DNA of 64,000 nucleotides from an uncultured Gammaproteobacteria bacterium (GCA_964465205.1 CAYXJO010000001.1:5099-69098), one strand, 5' to 3'; positions 9,803 to 19,498 are shown, counted from the stretch's first letter. Notes: generated by a model from the sequence alone, not told the origin. Numbers and translations: made by a program.

Positions 9803-11674
9803 CTATGTGGCCGCGGGAGAATCCAGATTGGCCGACTTGGGCTGCTTCACGAGCTGGTCGCGGAGCAAGTTGGCGAGTAATACATCCACGAGGCCGCCTC
9901 CGTTGGAATTGTTGCTGCCGCTGGCCATGATCTCGGGCACCAGGGGCACGCCGGCCGCGGCGAGCGAACGAGCGACCTCCACGATGGCGAACTTGTCCTG
10001 ACCCATGGCGTCGGTCTTCTTCTGGATGACCTTGGCCTCGGCTTCGCCGACGGCCGTGATCTTCTTGCCCTCGGCTTCGCCGACCTGGGTCAGCACGTAG
10101 GCGTCGGCTTCGGCCTGGGTCCGTTTGGCCTGCGCCTCGCCCTCGGCCTTGGCCTTGAGCGCGTTGCCGTCGCCGGCAGCCTTCTTCACGGCCGCCGTGG
10201 CCTCGAAGTCGGCGATGGAGACCTTCCGCTCGGCGGCCACGACCTCCTTCTGGGTATCGGCCATGGCGGTCGCCTGCTCCAATTCCTGGCGGACTTCCTG
10301 CGCCTCCTTCTGGGTCGTGAACGTGGCCTTCTCGAATTCGGCCACCTTCTTGGCCGTCAGTGTGTCCATCAGCTCATCGGGGGGGTTGATGTCCCCGATG
10401 AGGGTGTCGACTGCGTTGACGTTGTACACGTCGAGGGCGGTCTTGATGGCGTCCTTGGCTTCGGACTGGCGCTGCGAGCGCGCCTTCAGGAAGTCGATGA
10501 CGTCCGATGACTGCGCCGTGTTGCGGAAATAGTTGCCGATGATTGGCTCGAGCACCTGGGTGACCAGGTTCCCGACCGTCCCGAAGCGCGCGATGACCTT
10601 GGGGGCCTCGGTGCGCGGGATGTGGATGATCTGACTCACGTCCAGGTTGAACGTGAAGCCGTCGGCGGAGCGCACCGTGATGGTGCTCAGGTCGGAGTCG
10701 AGGTTGTGGGCCTCGGTCTTCCCAGTGGCCCAGTTCAACACGATGTTGGCCGTTGGGACGAGCTCGACCTTGTGCGTGTACGGGTTGATCGCGTACATGC
10801 CGGGGTCGAGGGGTTCGATCCAGACGCCCTTCTCGTTCTTCTTGCACAGGTTGCCGTGCTGGAAGGCGTCACCCGTCACGTCCTGCCCTTCCTCGCCGAC
10901 GTAGGCGATGACCACGCCCGCGTGGGCGATGGGCACCTCGGTCATGCGCTTGGTCTCGACCGAGATGAAGTGCGGGTTGACGTAGTACATGCCGGCCAGC
11001 ATGACCTGCTCCTGCAGGCCCTTGAAGCCGCCGTTGTCCACGAATGCCTGGCCGTCCTGGTACATGGTGTGCCCCTTGGTCTCGCGGCCGGCGATCTCGC
11101 CGGTGGGGAGGGGCTTGCCTTCCTTCGTGGTCACGATGCCCACCATGTTGTCGTCGATCTGGAGGGCTTTCTCGAACTTGACCGTAAACAGGCCGGTGTT
11201 GATTCGGTAGGTGCCGGGCGGGATGACGTTGATCTGGATGCCGCGCTCGCCTCCATTGCTCAGGAACGCTCGCGCGCTCTGGAACATGTCGGCGTCGACG
11301 TGTTTGGCGAGCACGCGGCCCTTGCCGAGCGGCTTGCCGTCCTTGGCCTCGACCACGCCGACGGAGCCCACTGGGATCGTGATGAACTTCTGGATCATGA
11401 TCTCGAACTGCCAGGGCCAGAAGAAAAAGTGCAGGCCGGGGGCCAGGGTGTCGGCCTGGATGCCCGCCTCGCCGTTCAGTGCGATGATCGCGCCGTCGGG
11501 TAGGGTCTTGTTGGGGCCGAAGAGCTTGAACTTCTTGTTCACCACGCCCAGGCTGTCGTCCGGGATCAGGACGATGCCGAAGAGCCGGATCGTCCACTTG
11601 ATGAATACGAAAAACAGCACAATCGGCACGACCCACCAGTAACTTAGCGCAACTCTCAAAATTTCATTCTCCAT
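9803..11674 (-). CDS. Flotillin/SPFH (band 7) family protein, YqiK-like
   Basis: N-terminal TM segment, SPFH domain, and a long Ala/Glu/Lys-rich coiled-coil C-terminus typical of flotillins. Strong RBS GAAGGAGAC. The gene is conspicuously GC-rich compared with its flanks. Confidence 0.8.
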   Translation of the reverse strand: MENEILRVALSYWWVVPIVLFFVFIKWTIRLFGIVLIPDDSLGVVNKKFKLFGPNKTLPDGAIIALNGEAGIQADTLAPGLHFFFWPWQFEIMIQKFITIPVGSVGVVEAKDGKPLGKGRVLAKHVDADMFQSARAFLSNGGERGIQINVIPPGTYRINTGLFTVKFEKALQIDDNMVGIVTTKEGKPLPTGEIAGRETKGHTMYQDGQAFVDNGGFKGLQEQVMLAGMYYVNPHFISVETKRMTEVPIAHAGVVIAYVGEEGQDVTGDAFQHGNLCKKNEKGVWIEPLDPGMYAINPYTHKVELVPTANIVLNWATGKTEAHNLDSDLSTITVRSADGFTFNLDVSQIIHIPRTEAPKVIARFGTVGNLVTQVLEPIIGNYFRNTAQSSDVIDFLKARSQRQSEAKDAIKTALDVYNVNAVDTLIGDINPPDELMDTLTAKKVAEFEKATFTTQKEAQEVRQELEQATAMADTQKEVVAAERKVSIADFEATAAVKKAAGDGNALKAKAEGEAQAKRTQAEADAYVLTQVGEAEGKKITAVGEAEAKVIQKKTDAMGQDKFAIVEVARSLAAAGVPLVPEIMASGSNNSNGGGLVDVLLANLLRDQLVKQPKSANLDSPAAT

Positions 11675-12082
11675 GTTCGCGGTCTCCTTCTACATTTCGA
11701 TTGTTAATGACCATCTACGCAGACGCGTAGAAGCCCCCCAAACCCATTGGGGAACAAATGAATATACCACCAATCCTTTTTTTGTCAAGATTCTGTTGTG
11801 GATAAGTAATTATTTAATAATAAAACTTTAGCTATATTTGTGTTTAAATAAAGGTGGTTTTTTTGGATAAGTTGTCTATTAATTGATAGTTACAGCATCT
11901 TCAACATTAATAAAATTGAAATGATTTCAGACGAATATGGCGACCAAGCATAGTGCTTCAAACCATATGGTTTCTGCTCCAATACAGATATTTTTTTGTT
12001 GCCAATAAGTTGGCAACAAAAAAATAGGGTGTGGTGACTACCATCGCCGATCAGCCGAAAGAATTTGACATTTTCTATGATG

Positions 12083-12154
12083 TGCCCCCAGAGAGGATCG
12101 AACTCCCATCTTCAGGTTCGAAGCCTGATATTCTATCCATTGAACTATAGGGGC
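12083..12154 (-). tRNA. tRNA-Arg (anticodon TCG)
   Basis: Hand-folded cloverleaf. Acceptor GCCCCTA/TGGGGGC (one G-U pair), anticodon stem TCAGG/CCTGA, loop CTTCGAA, T-loop TTCGATC. Confidence 0.7.
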
Positions 12155-12265
12155 GCTATGCGCCCATATTTTCTGCGCTCGTTCGGAAATGCAAGCGTTT
12201 GAAAATAGGGGCAGCGATATTTTTCAAAATCCCGCCCGTTTCTGGGCGGGATTTAACTTGTTTCG

Positions 12266-12338
12266 TGGGTCGGCTGGGGATCGAACCCAGGACCTTATCC
12301 TTAAGAGGGATCTGCTCTACCAGCTGAGCTACCGACCC
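12266..12338 (-). tRNA. tRNA-Lys (anticodon CTT)
   Basis: Hand-folded. Acceptor GGGTCGG/CCGACCC, D-arm GCTC-AGCTGGTA-GAGC, anticodon loop CTCTTAA, T-arm CTGGG-TTCGATC-CCCAG, discriminator A. Confidence 0.75.
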
Positions 12339-12350
12339 GAGAGACCCGAC

Positions 12351-13133
12351 TTACATCGGATCACCGTCTTTGCGTTTGATAATATTTATTTTTGGCCCTT
12401 TCCAGCCTTTTACTTTAAGCGCCGCTTCGGCCGCTTCGGTTTGCGCTTCTTGTTTACTAGTACCAAATCCTTCTGCCACCAATTCTTTGTCCAAATACAC
12501 TCCGATTTTGAAATTTTTGGCATGATCCGGGCCTTCTTCTGACAGAACTTTATAATTAGGCGTCATACCCACAATTTCTTGGGCGGATTCTTGAAAACGA
12601 CTCTTGGCATCCATGTACAAACCTTGCTCTAGCACCAATGGTAATTTGGTAATTACGAATTTGGAAATAAATTCGCCGGCCACCTTGTACCCTTGATCCA
12701 GATATATTGCGCCGGTTACCGATTCGAATATATTGGCCATGATGTAGTCGCGGGCTTTGGTGCCGCTATCTTTGGATTCGCCGTGACTGAGAAATAAATA
12801 CGGTTCCATACCAAGCTCGTAAGCGATGCTGGCCAACATTTTGGCGTTGACTAGCGCCGCGCGCCAATTGGTAAGTTCGCCTTCGGGGTTTCCGTATTCA
12901 GCGAACAAATATTCAGTTACAACTAACTCCACCACCGCATCGCCCAAAAACTCCAAGCGTTCATTGTGGGGCAAAGGGAAATCCCGGTGTTCATTGAGAT
13001 ACGAACGATGAACAAAAGCCTGAACCAGATATTCCGGGTGTTTGAATTTGATTCCCAATTTCTCTTGTAATAGACCAAAATCTTTGGCTTGGACTTCGGG
13101 CAACTCGAGAGTGGGATTTTTTTTAGTAGGCAT
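12351..13133 (-). CDS. rnc: Ribonuclease III
   Basis: RNase III signature ERLEFLGDAVVELVVTEYLF. C-terminal dsRBD. Confidence 0.9.
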   Translation of the reverse strand: MPTKKNPTLELPEVQAKDFGLLQEKLGIKFKHPEYLVQAFVHRSYLNEHRDFPLPHNERLEFLGDAVVELVVTEYLFAEYGNPEGELTNWRAALVNAKMLASIAYELGMEPYLFLSHGESKDSGTKARDYIMANIFESVTGAIYLDQGYKVAGEFISKFVITKLPLVLEQGLYMDAKSRFQESAQEIVGMTPNYKVLSEEGPDHAKNFKIGVYLDKELVAEGFGTSKQEAQTEAAEAALKVKGWKGPKINIIKRKDGDPM

Positions 13134-13219
13134 ATAAAAAGATAGGTATTAACCTATCTCGTATCTCACATCTCTAGCTTATGCAGCTCGAGATGGGAGA
13201 TAAGAGATAATGATTTTTA

Positions 13220-13684
13220 TTATGCAGTTACGGTTTTATTTTCACTATCAGGTGTTTCGACGGGAGCGGATACCTGCATGTCTTTGAAAATAGAACCCAG
13301 CACACCGTTGACAAACTTGCCGGATGAAGGACCACCAAAACCTTTGGCCAGCTCAATCGCTTCGTTAATGGCTACTTTCGGCGGGGTTTGTCCGTAGAGT
13401 TTCATTTCAAAAATACCGATGCGTAAAATATTGCGATCAACGATGGTAATTTGGTTGAGCGGCCATTCCGGAGCGTATTTTACAATCAGTTCATCAATTT
13501 CTGGTAAATGATCGATTACACCATCTACCAATTCTTTGGCGAATTGATTTTTTTTTAGTCCAGGACCGAACTCGGCCAAATTATGGTCGACAATTGCCGG
13601 CAAACCCGCTGTGGGTTGGCCGCGAAAATCCCATTCGAAAAGCGATTGCATGGCGATGCTACGAGCGAGATGCCGACTAGACAT
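13220..13684 (-). CDS. nusB: Transcription antitermination factor NusB
   Basis: 154-aa all-helical protein with NusB-like N-terminus ([12 protein letters not shown]) and conserved Arg-rich RNA-binding positions. Confidence 0.8.
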   Translation of the reverse strand: MSSRHLARSIAMQSLFEWDFRGQPTAGLPAIVDHNLAEFGPGLKKNQFAKELVDGVIDHLPEIDELIVKYAPEWPLNQITIVDRNILRIGIFEMKLYGQTPPKVAINEAIELAKGFGGPSSGKFVNGVLGSIFKDMQVSAPVETPDSENKTVTA

Positions 13685-13714
13685 ATATTTTAATTGTTAA
13701 TTCTCCTTAATTTT

Positions 13715-13933
13715 CTACTTCTTCTTTTTGGCGGCGCGTTTGCGGCGAGCGTCACGATGAGCGACGTCAACCACTGATTTGCCTTTGTAAGTACCACAAA
13801 AAGCGCAAGCGCGATGTGGGCGAACTGCCTTTTTGCACTTGGGGCAAGAATTACTACTGACTTCGGCTAAGCCAAAATGCGCTGTACGTTTGCGTTTGTC
13901 GGAACTAGTCCGGCGATGTCCAGGGAGACCCAT
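13715..13933 (-). CDS. rpmF: 50S ribosomal protein L32
   Basis: HRRTSSDKRKRTAHF N-terminus and zinc ribbon CPKC...CAFCG typical of bL32. Confidence 0.8.
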   Translation of the reverse strand: MGLPGHRRTSSDKRKRTAHFGLAEVSSNSCPKCKKAVRPHRACAFCGTYKGKSVVDVAHRDARRKRAAKKKK

Positions 13934-14094
13934 AGAATCTAAGATTAAAATAACAAAATTACACGGTATGCATGATTATTGTTTTGAATGAGCTCAAAAC
14001 CAATAAACATATAACCTACCCCGATTATATGTCATTTTTTGCTTTTTGTCAATATTGCTTTTTGGCTGTAATTGGGCTAGAATGAATATGACTT

Positions 14095-15087
14095 ATGCAA
14101 ATGTATACACCACAATCGAAAGAGCAGTGGGATAATTGGATAATAAACAATACCACCCATCATCAATTTCCTCAATCTTGGGAATGGGGCGAGATACTAC
14201 AAACCGAAAGTAAGCGGGTAGAGCGATTTGTATTTGCGCAAGACAGTATTGTGCGTGCTCAAGTCCAAACTGTATCCGTGCCATTAATTTTTGGTTGGGT
14301 ATATGGTTTCTGCCCCAAAGGTCCGGTGTTGACACCAGATTATGCCGGTGGTATTTTATCACAATTTCAGGATTTTTTTGTAAAAAATAAAGTAGTTTTT
14401 GCGCGGGCGGAACCAAACTATCCAATGGTCAATGTAAATAAATTTTGTTTGGTCCCAACTTTGGATGTTAATCCACGTGCCACTTTGATTTTGGATCTAT
14501 CCAAAGATGAAAATAGGCTGTTCGAAGAGATGCACCAGAAAACACGTTACAATATTCGTTTGGCGCAGAAAAAAAATTTAAAAGTAGTGGTAGAAAAAAA
14601 TGAGCATGAATTTTTGAAATTAATGAAGCAGACCGCGCATCGTGATGGTTTCAAATTGCACCCAGAGAAACATTATCACGCAATTTTGCAGTCTAATATT
14701 TCTCGACAGGTCACTGTGTATGATAATAATAGAGCGGTGGCGGTAGGTATATTTATTGGTTTTGGTGATACTTTTACCTATTTATTTGGCGCTTCAGATC
14801 ATAACTATCGAGCGTTAATGGGCCCGTATTTAATCCAGTGGGAAGGCATCAAATTGGGTCAAAGTTTGGGTTATCGGTATTATGATTTTTTTGGTATTGC
14901 TCCTGGCAAAAGAAATCTAGCAGGTGAATACGAGTATGATCGCCGCCATCAGTACGGCGGGGTCACTCGATTCAAACTGGGATTTGGCGGGGACGTGGTT
15001 ATTTCGGTTGGTACAATTGATGTGGTGGCCAGTATGTGGCGATATCGTTTGTATGGTTGGTTGCGGCGCGTGCGGCGGCTGTTTTAA
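14095..15087 (+). CDS. FemAB-family aminoacyltransferase (peptidoglycan interpeptide-bridge formation)
   Basis: 330-aa protein. Overall FemAB-like pattern, including the C-terminal GASDHNYRALMGPYLIQWEGI and YYDFFG segment. Confidence 0.65.
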   Translation: MQMYTPQSKEQWDNWIINNTTHHQFPQSWEWGEILQTESKRVERFVFAQDSIVRAQVQTVSVPLIFGWVYGFCPKGPVLTPDYAGGILSQFQDFFVKNKVVFARAEPNYPMVNVNKFCLVPTLDVNPRATLILDLSKDENRLFEEMHQKTRYNIRLAQKKNLKVVVEKNEHEFLKLMKQTAHRDGFKLHPEKHYHAILQSNISRQVTVYDNNRAVAVGIFIGFGDTFTYLFGASDHNYRALMGPYLIQWEGIKLGQSLGYRYYDFFGIAPGKRNLAGEYEYDRRHQYGGVTRFKLGFGGDVVISVGTIDVVASMWRYRLYGWLRRVRRLF

Positions 15088-15090
15088 TTC

Positions 15091-15162
15091 GTCCTCGTAG
15101 TTTAACGGATAAAATATCTCCCTCCGAAGGAGGTGATCGAGGTTCAATTCCTCGCGAGGGCA
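15091..15162 (+). tRNA. tRNA-Arg (anticodon CCG)
   Basis: Hand-folded. Acceptor GTCCTCG/CGAGGGC (one G-U), anticodon stem TCTCC/GGAGG with loop CTCCGAA, T-arm CGAGG-TTCAATT-CCTCG, discriminator A. Confidence 0.6.
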
Positions 15163-15184
15163 CTATTTGCCAATAAATGCCAAT

Positions 15185-15202
15185 TTTTACCTGCTTATAC
15201 TC
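15185..15202 (+). repeat. Left copy of island-flanking repeat TTTTACCTGCTTATACTC
   Basis: 13-bp core CCTGCTTATACTC recurs in direct orientation at 15870-15882. An 18-bp near-identical inverted copy lies at 15932-15949. Confidence 0.6.
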
Positions 15203-15361
15203 AAAAATACGGCGAATGGTTTGGGGCGAATATATTTTAAGCCAAGGTGATATCTAAAATAAAGTATCAAAAAAGGCCTCGCGCAGTATAATACCACGCG
15301 AGGCCAAGGCCAAAGTCGCCGAGGCGCCAAAAGGTTCAAGCGCCCCAATTTCCAAGGCCCA

Positions 15362-15808
15362 TTACTTGTCGGCGGGGACGAGCCACCGCCAGAGGGCGGG
15401 CAACTCGTCGTTGGCCCAGCCGAAGCCCGAACGGTTGTCTGCGCCCACGCACGGGAAGCGAGCGTCGCCGTTCGAGTCCACCCACGACGGGTCGTCCACA
15501 CCCACGGGGCCCTTGCCGTCGTGGCTGGGGTAGGCGGCCTTGAAGGCCTCCAACCACTGACCCTCGGGCGTGGGGCCGTAGGCCGCCACGAGTTTCCGCT
15601 GCAACTCGGTGTGGTTACGGCAGTAGTCGACCGACACGAGTTTGAACTTGCGGGTTTCGGTGCCCGCGACTGTCTTGCCCGAGTGCTTCCAGCCCTCGAG
15701 GTCGTAGCCATAGTTTTTCACCATGGCCAGGGGGGCGACATTGGAGTCGCTGCCGTCGAGGGTAAGTGAGAATACTTCGCCGATTTCCGGAAAAGGATAA
15801 GGTTTCAT
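15362..15808 (-). CDS. Hypothetical protein (148 aa), GC-rich, likely horizontally acquired
   Basis: Start MKPYPFPE is preceded by RBS AAGGAGAGAGAGG. GC-rich codon usage contrasts with the flanks. No recognisable motif. Confidence 0.6.
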   Translation of the reverse strand: MKPYPFPEIGEVFSLTLDGSDSNVAPLAMVKNYGYDLEGWKHSGKTVAGTETRKFKLVSVDYCRNHTELQRKLVAAYGPTPEGQWLEAFKAAYPSHDGKGPVGVDDPSWVDSNGDARFPCVGADNRSGFGWANDELPALWRWLVPADK

Positions 15809-15869
15809 CGTCCTCTCTCTCCTTTCGTTCGTCGCCTTGGGCGACATTGATAATTTCACACACCATCCG

Positions 15870-15882
15870 CCTGCTTATACTC
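15870..15882 (+). repeat. Right direct-repeat copy CCTGCTTATACTC
   Basis: Exact 13-bp match to 15190-15202. Confidence 0.6.
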
Positions 15883-15931
15883 GCCAAATTATAATTACTG
15901 TTCTGTTGTCTTACGGCTATTATATTTTAGT

Positions 15932-15949
15932 GAGTATAAACAGGTAAAA
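15932..15949 (-). repeat. Inverted copy (GAGTATAAACAGGTAAAA = reverse complement of TTTTACCTGtTTATACTC)
   Basis: 17 of 18 positions match the left repeat, in inverted orientation, about 50 bp outside the right direct repeat. Confidence 0.55.
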
Positions 15950-16188
15950 TAGGCAATTTTTGGCAAAGAACGCTGTCATTGATTTGACGGGATAATATAC
16001 CATATTTGGAGAGAAATGTCAAGCGCAAGGGCGGGTGGGTGGACGATTTATGGGTTTTTCTTGTCTTCAGCCGTTTTTGGTAAAATATGTTCTAGCGAAG
16101 TTGTAAATTTCTACAAGTTGCTAAAATAGCATTGGTTTGGTATTATATTTTAAGTAATAATATTTAATTTATTAAAATATCTAACACT

Positions 16189-16587
16189 ATGAAAGGATAT
16201 AAAAATAATATTGAGCAACTCACTCTCGATAATACCAATTTTCGTCAAGTGCTTTATACTGGCAAGCATTGCCAATTGGTTTTGATGACTTTGCAGCCTG
16301 GTGAAGAAATCGGTATGGAAGTGCATGAAGATAATGATCAATTTTTTCGTTTTGAAGCTGGTAATGGCAAAGTGTATATCGACGGTAATGAGTATGAGGT
16401 TAGTGATGGCGATGCGGTGGTCGTGCCCTCCGGCGCGCAGCATAATGTGGTCAATGTTTCATCCGATACACATCTCAAACTTTATACCATTTATTCTCCG
16501 GCACACCATCGCGATGGGGTGGTGCATGCCAGTAAAGAAATTGCTTTGTCGGATGAGGAAGAATTTGACGGCAAAACAACCGAATAA
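16189..16587 (+). CDS. Cupin-domain protein
   Basis: Cupin motifs G(X)5HXH-like (EEIGMEVHEDNDQFF) and the second motif GDAVVVPSGAQHNVVN. Confidence 0.7.
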   Translation: MKGYKNNIEQLTLDNTNFRQVLYTGKHCQLVLMTLQPGEEIGMEVHEDNDQFFRFEAGNGKVYIDGNEYEVSDGDAVVVPSGAQHNVVNVSSDTHLKLYTIYSPAHHRDGVVHASKEIALSDEEEFDGKTTE

Positions 16588-16670
16588 TTATTGATGTATA
16601 ATTTTCATCAATTGTAATATTAAAAAAGTCGGAGAAATCCGGCTTTTTAGTATATTATTGACATAAGTGA

Positions 16671-16916
16671 ATGATTCTGCTACGTTTGTTGGGGGACATC
16701 TTTCGTGGGGCGATATTGGAAGCGATCCACGCCGGTGGCGACACCGACACCCATGCCGCCATCGTCGGCGCTATGGTGGGGGCCAATAGCGGGACATTTG
16801 GCATACCGGCTTACTGGGCCGCTTACAACCCCAAATATCGGGAAGCCGAAACTTGGGGGCGGCAGTTGTGCTGGGCCGCGAGTGCCGAGAGATTGAAAGA
16901 TCTCGACACCATGTAA
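16671..16916 (+). pseudogene. C-terminal remnant of an ADP-ribosylglycohydrolase (ARH/DraG family) gene
   Basis: 81-aa ORF containing the ARH hallmark GGDTDTHAAIVGAMVGA. Family members are about 300 aa, and an in-frame TGA lies immediately upstream of the ATG. Confidence 0.5.
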
Positions 16917-17017
16917 ACGAAACGTCTCGCATATTTTCACCACTATGGCAGGTCAGCCTGCTATAGTGGTTTTTTTGTATAACAAAAAGCCCCTAATTGT
17001 TTAGGAGCTTAATTTTT

Positions 17018-19483
17018 TTAGAGCATAGTGACGCTCGCCACGCGGTCGCCGTCTTCTTTGAAGCGCATCAGGCGCACGCCCTGAGTGGCTCGACCAGAAG
17101 TGGGAATAGTCTTGAATGGCAATCGGATGACCTGACCTTTGGTGCTCATCATCATCAAATCTTTTTCATCGGATTCTACGGCGTCTACCACTTGGGCGAA
17201 TACTAGGTTCCCGGTCTTCTCGGTAATGTTGGCGGTCTTGATACCGCTGCCACCGCGACCTTGGACTTTGTACTCGGCAATAGGAGTGCGTTTACCCATG
17301 CCGTTTTCACCGATTGATAAAAATTCCAGAGATTTATTTTTGGGGTCCACTATGTCCATAGCAATCACTTGATCGCTCGCGTGTAGTTTGATACCGCGCA
17401 CACCGGCGGCGGTGCGGCCCATTTCACGTACGTTACTTTCTTTGAAGTGGATAGCGATGCCTTTTTTGGTGGCGATCATAATTTCTTCGTTGCCGTTGGT
17501 CGCGCGTACCCATTCCAAATTATCTTCCGGTTTGAGTTTGAGTGCGATCAGACCGCTACGACGTACGTTGGCAAAATCCTCCAGCGCTGTTTTCTTGATA
17601 GTGCCTTTGGTGGTAACCATTACCAGATATTTGATATTGCTGGTATCGGCTAGTGACAATACCGCCGCCACGCGTTCGTTGGGTGCGAGTTGTAAGAAGT
17701 TCACCATGGCCTGGCCCTTGGCAGTACGGCTGGCCTGGGGGATATCGTAGGCCATCAGCTGGAATACACGACCGCGATTGGTGAAGAACAACATATTATC
17801 ATGAGTGTTGGCCGTGATCAGATCCTGCACCGATTCTTCTTCTTTGGTGGTGACGCCAATCACACCTTTGCCGCCGCGAGATTGCTGACGGAAAGTATCG
17901 GGTGGCAAGCGTTTGATATAGCCATCGGTGGTCATCATTACAATAGTGGCTTCGTTAGGTATCAAGTCTTCGGTGGTAAATTCTTTTACCCCATGAGCGA
18001 CGATTTGAGTACGGCGCTCATTACCGTATTTTTGTTTGATTTCTTCAGTTTCATTTTTTATAATACCCAAAATTTTTGCTTCGGAAGAAAGGATCGACTC
18101 CAATTCCTTAATGAGGGCCTTCTTTTCTTTCAATTCGTCTTCGATTTTTTGACTTTCCAGGTTAGCGAGCTGTTGTAATTTCATTTCCAAAATCGCGGTG
18201 GCCTGGCGATCGGTGAATTTGAATTTATGCATCAAATTCGCTTTGGCTTCGTCTTTGTCGCGACTGGCACGGATAGTTTTGATGACCGCGTCGATTTTGT
18301 CTATTGCCATCATGAGGCCGTCCAATATGTGGGCACGATCTTTGGCTTTATTCAAATCAAATTCCGTGCGACGGCGAATGACTACTTGGCGGTGTTTGAT
18401 AAACTCTTCCAAGATATTTTTGAGGTTGAGCACACGCGGCTGAATACCGTCCACTAGTGCCAACATGTTGACGTGAAAACTGGTTTGTAATTCGGTGAGT
18501 TTGAAAAGCTGGTTCAAGATTTTTTTCGGATAGGAATCTTTTTTCAGATCAATTACTACGCGCACGCCGTGTTTGTTGGATTCATCGCGCACGTCTTTGA
18601 TACCCTCGATGACTTTTTCTTGTACCAATTCGGCGATTTTTTCGATCATGACAGATTTGTTCACCTGGTAGGGCACTTCGGTAACTAATATTTGAAATTG
18701 TCCAGTTTTGTTTTCTACGATTTCCGCTTTGGCGCGCATTACGATACCGCCTTTACCGGTAGCATAGGCGGCAGCAATGTCTTTTTTGTTATAAATAATA
18801 CCGCCGGTGGGGAAGTCAGGGCCTTTGATAATTTCGTTCAATTCTTCCACGGTGGTTTTGGGGTGATTGACCAAAGTAATAACACCGTCACATAGTTCGG
18901 ATAAATTGTGGGGCGGGATAGAAGTGGCCATACCAACCGCAATACCCATGGTGCCATTTAGTAACAAATGGGGGAGTTTGGCGGGGAGTACGGTCGGTTC
19001 TTTGTGGGTGCCGTCGTAGGTGGGGATGAATCCGACAGTTTCTTTTTCGATATCAAAGAGCATCTCTTCGGCAATGGAATCCAAACGCGCTTCGGTATAA
19101 CGCATGGCGGCGGCACTGTCGCCGTCCATACTGCCGAAGTTACCTTGACCATCGATCATGGTTTCACGCATGGCAAAATCTTGGGCCATACGTACCATAG
19201 AGTCGTAAATAGCGGCATCGCCGTGGGGGTGGTATTTACCCATGACCTCACCGACCACATGGGCGGACTTGCGGTATTTGGCGGTGTGGCGCAAACCAAT
19301 ATTCCACATACCATAGAGAATACGACGGTGGACCGGCTTGAGACCATCACGCACATCTGGCAGGGCGCGTGAAATAATAACACTCATGGCGTATTCCAAA
19401 TATGATTTTTGCATTTCCTCCACAATGGGCGCGTCGGTGACATTGCCGACGGGTCGAGTTGCTAGCGGCATCTTTCCTTGCAT
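17018..19483 (-). CDS. gyrA: DNA gyrase subunit A
   Basis: Active-site region AMSVIISRALPDVRDGLKPVHRRILYGM, catalytic Tyr context, and C-terminal beta-pinwheel repeats. 821 aa. Confidence 0.95.
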   Translation of the reverse strand: MQGKMPLATRPVGNVTDAPIVEEMQKSYLEYAMSVIISRALPDVRDGLKPVHRRILYGMWNIGLRHTAKYRKSAHVVGEVMGKYHPHGDAAIYDSMVRMAQDFAMRETMIDGQGNFGSMDGDSAAAMRYTEARLDSIAEEMLFDIEKETVGFIPTYDGTHKEPTVLPAKLPHLLLNGTMGIAVGMATSIPPHNLSELCDGVITLVNHPKTTVEELNEIIKGPDFPTGGIIYNKKDIAAAYATGKGGIVMRAKAEIVENKTGQFQILVTEVPYQVNKSVMIEKIAELVQEKVIEGIKDVRDESNKHGVRVVIDLKKDSYPKKILNQLFKLTELQTSFHVNMLALVDGIQPRVLNLKNILEEFIKHRQVVIRRRTEFDLNKAKDRAHILDGLMMAIDKIDAVIKTIRASRDKDEAKANLMHKFKFTDRQATAILEMKLQQLANLESQKIEDELKEKKALIKELESILSSEAKILGIIKNETEEIKQKYGNERRTQIVAHGVKEFTTEDLIPNEATIVMMTTDGYIKRLPPDTFRQQSRGGKGVIGVTTKEEESVQDLITANTHDNMLFFTNRGRVFQLMAYDIPQASRTAKGQAMVNFLQLAPNERVAAVLSLADTSNIKYLVMVTTKGTIKKTALEDFANVRRSGLIALKLKPEDNLEWVRATNGNEEIMIATKKGIAIHFKESNVREMGRTAAGVRGIKLHASDQVIAMDIVDPKNKSLEFLSIGENGMGKRTPIAEYKVQGRGGSGIKTANITEKTGNLVFAQVVDAVESDEKDLMMMSTKGQVIRLPFKTIPTSGRATQGVRLMRFKEDGDRVASVTML

Positions 19484-19498
19484 AATTTTTTACTAAAA

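Noticed and set aside
10125-11642. Multiple long ORFs (135-293 aa) on both strands overlapping the flotillin gene (e.g. 10622-11503 +, 10869-11636 -, 10374-10847 -)
   Set aside because: Arg/Pro/Gly/Ala-rich nonsense composition typical of alternative frames in GC-rich DNA. They are fully nested in a well-supported flotillin CDS with a proper RBS.
12189-12542. 117-aa plus-strand ORF
   Set aside because: Overlaps tRNA-Lys and the 3' end of rnc on the opposite strand. No start context.
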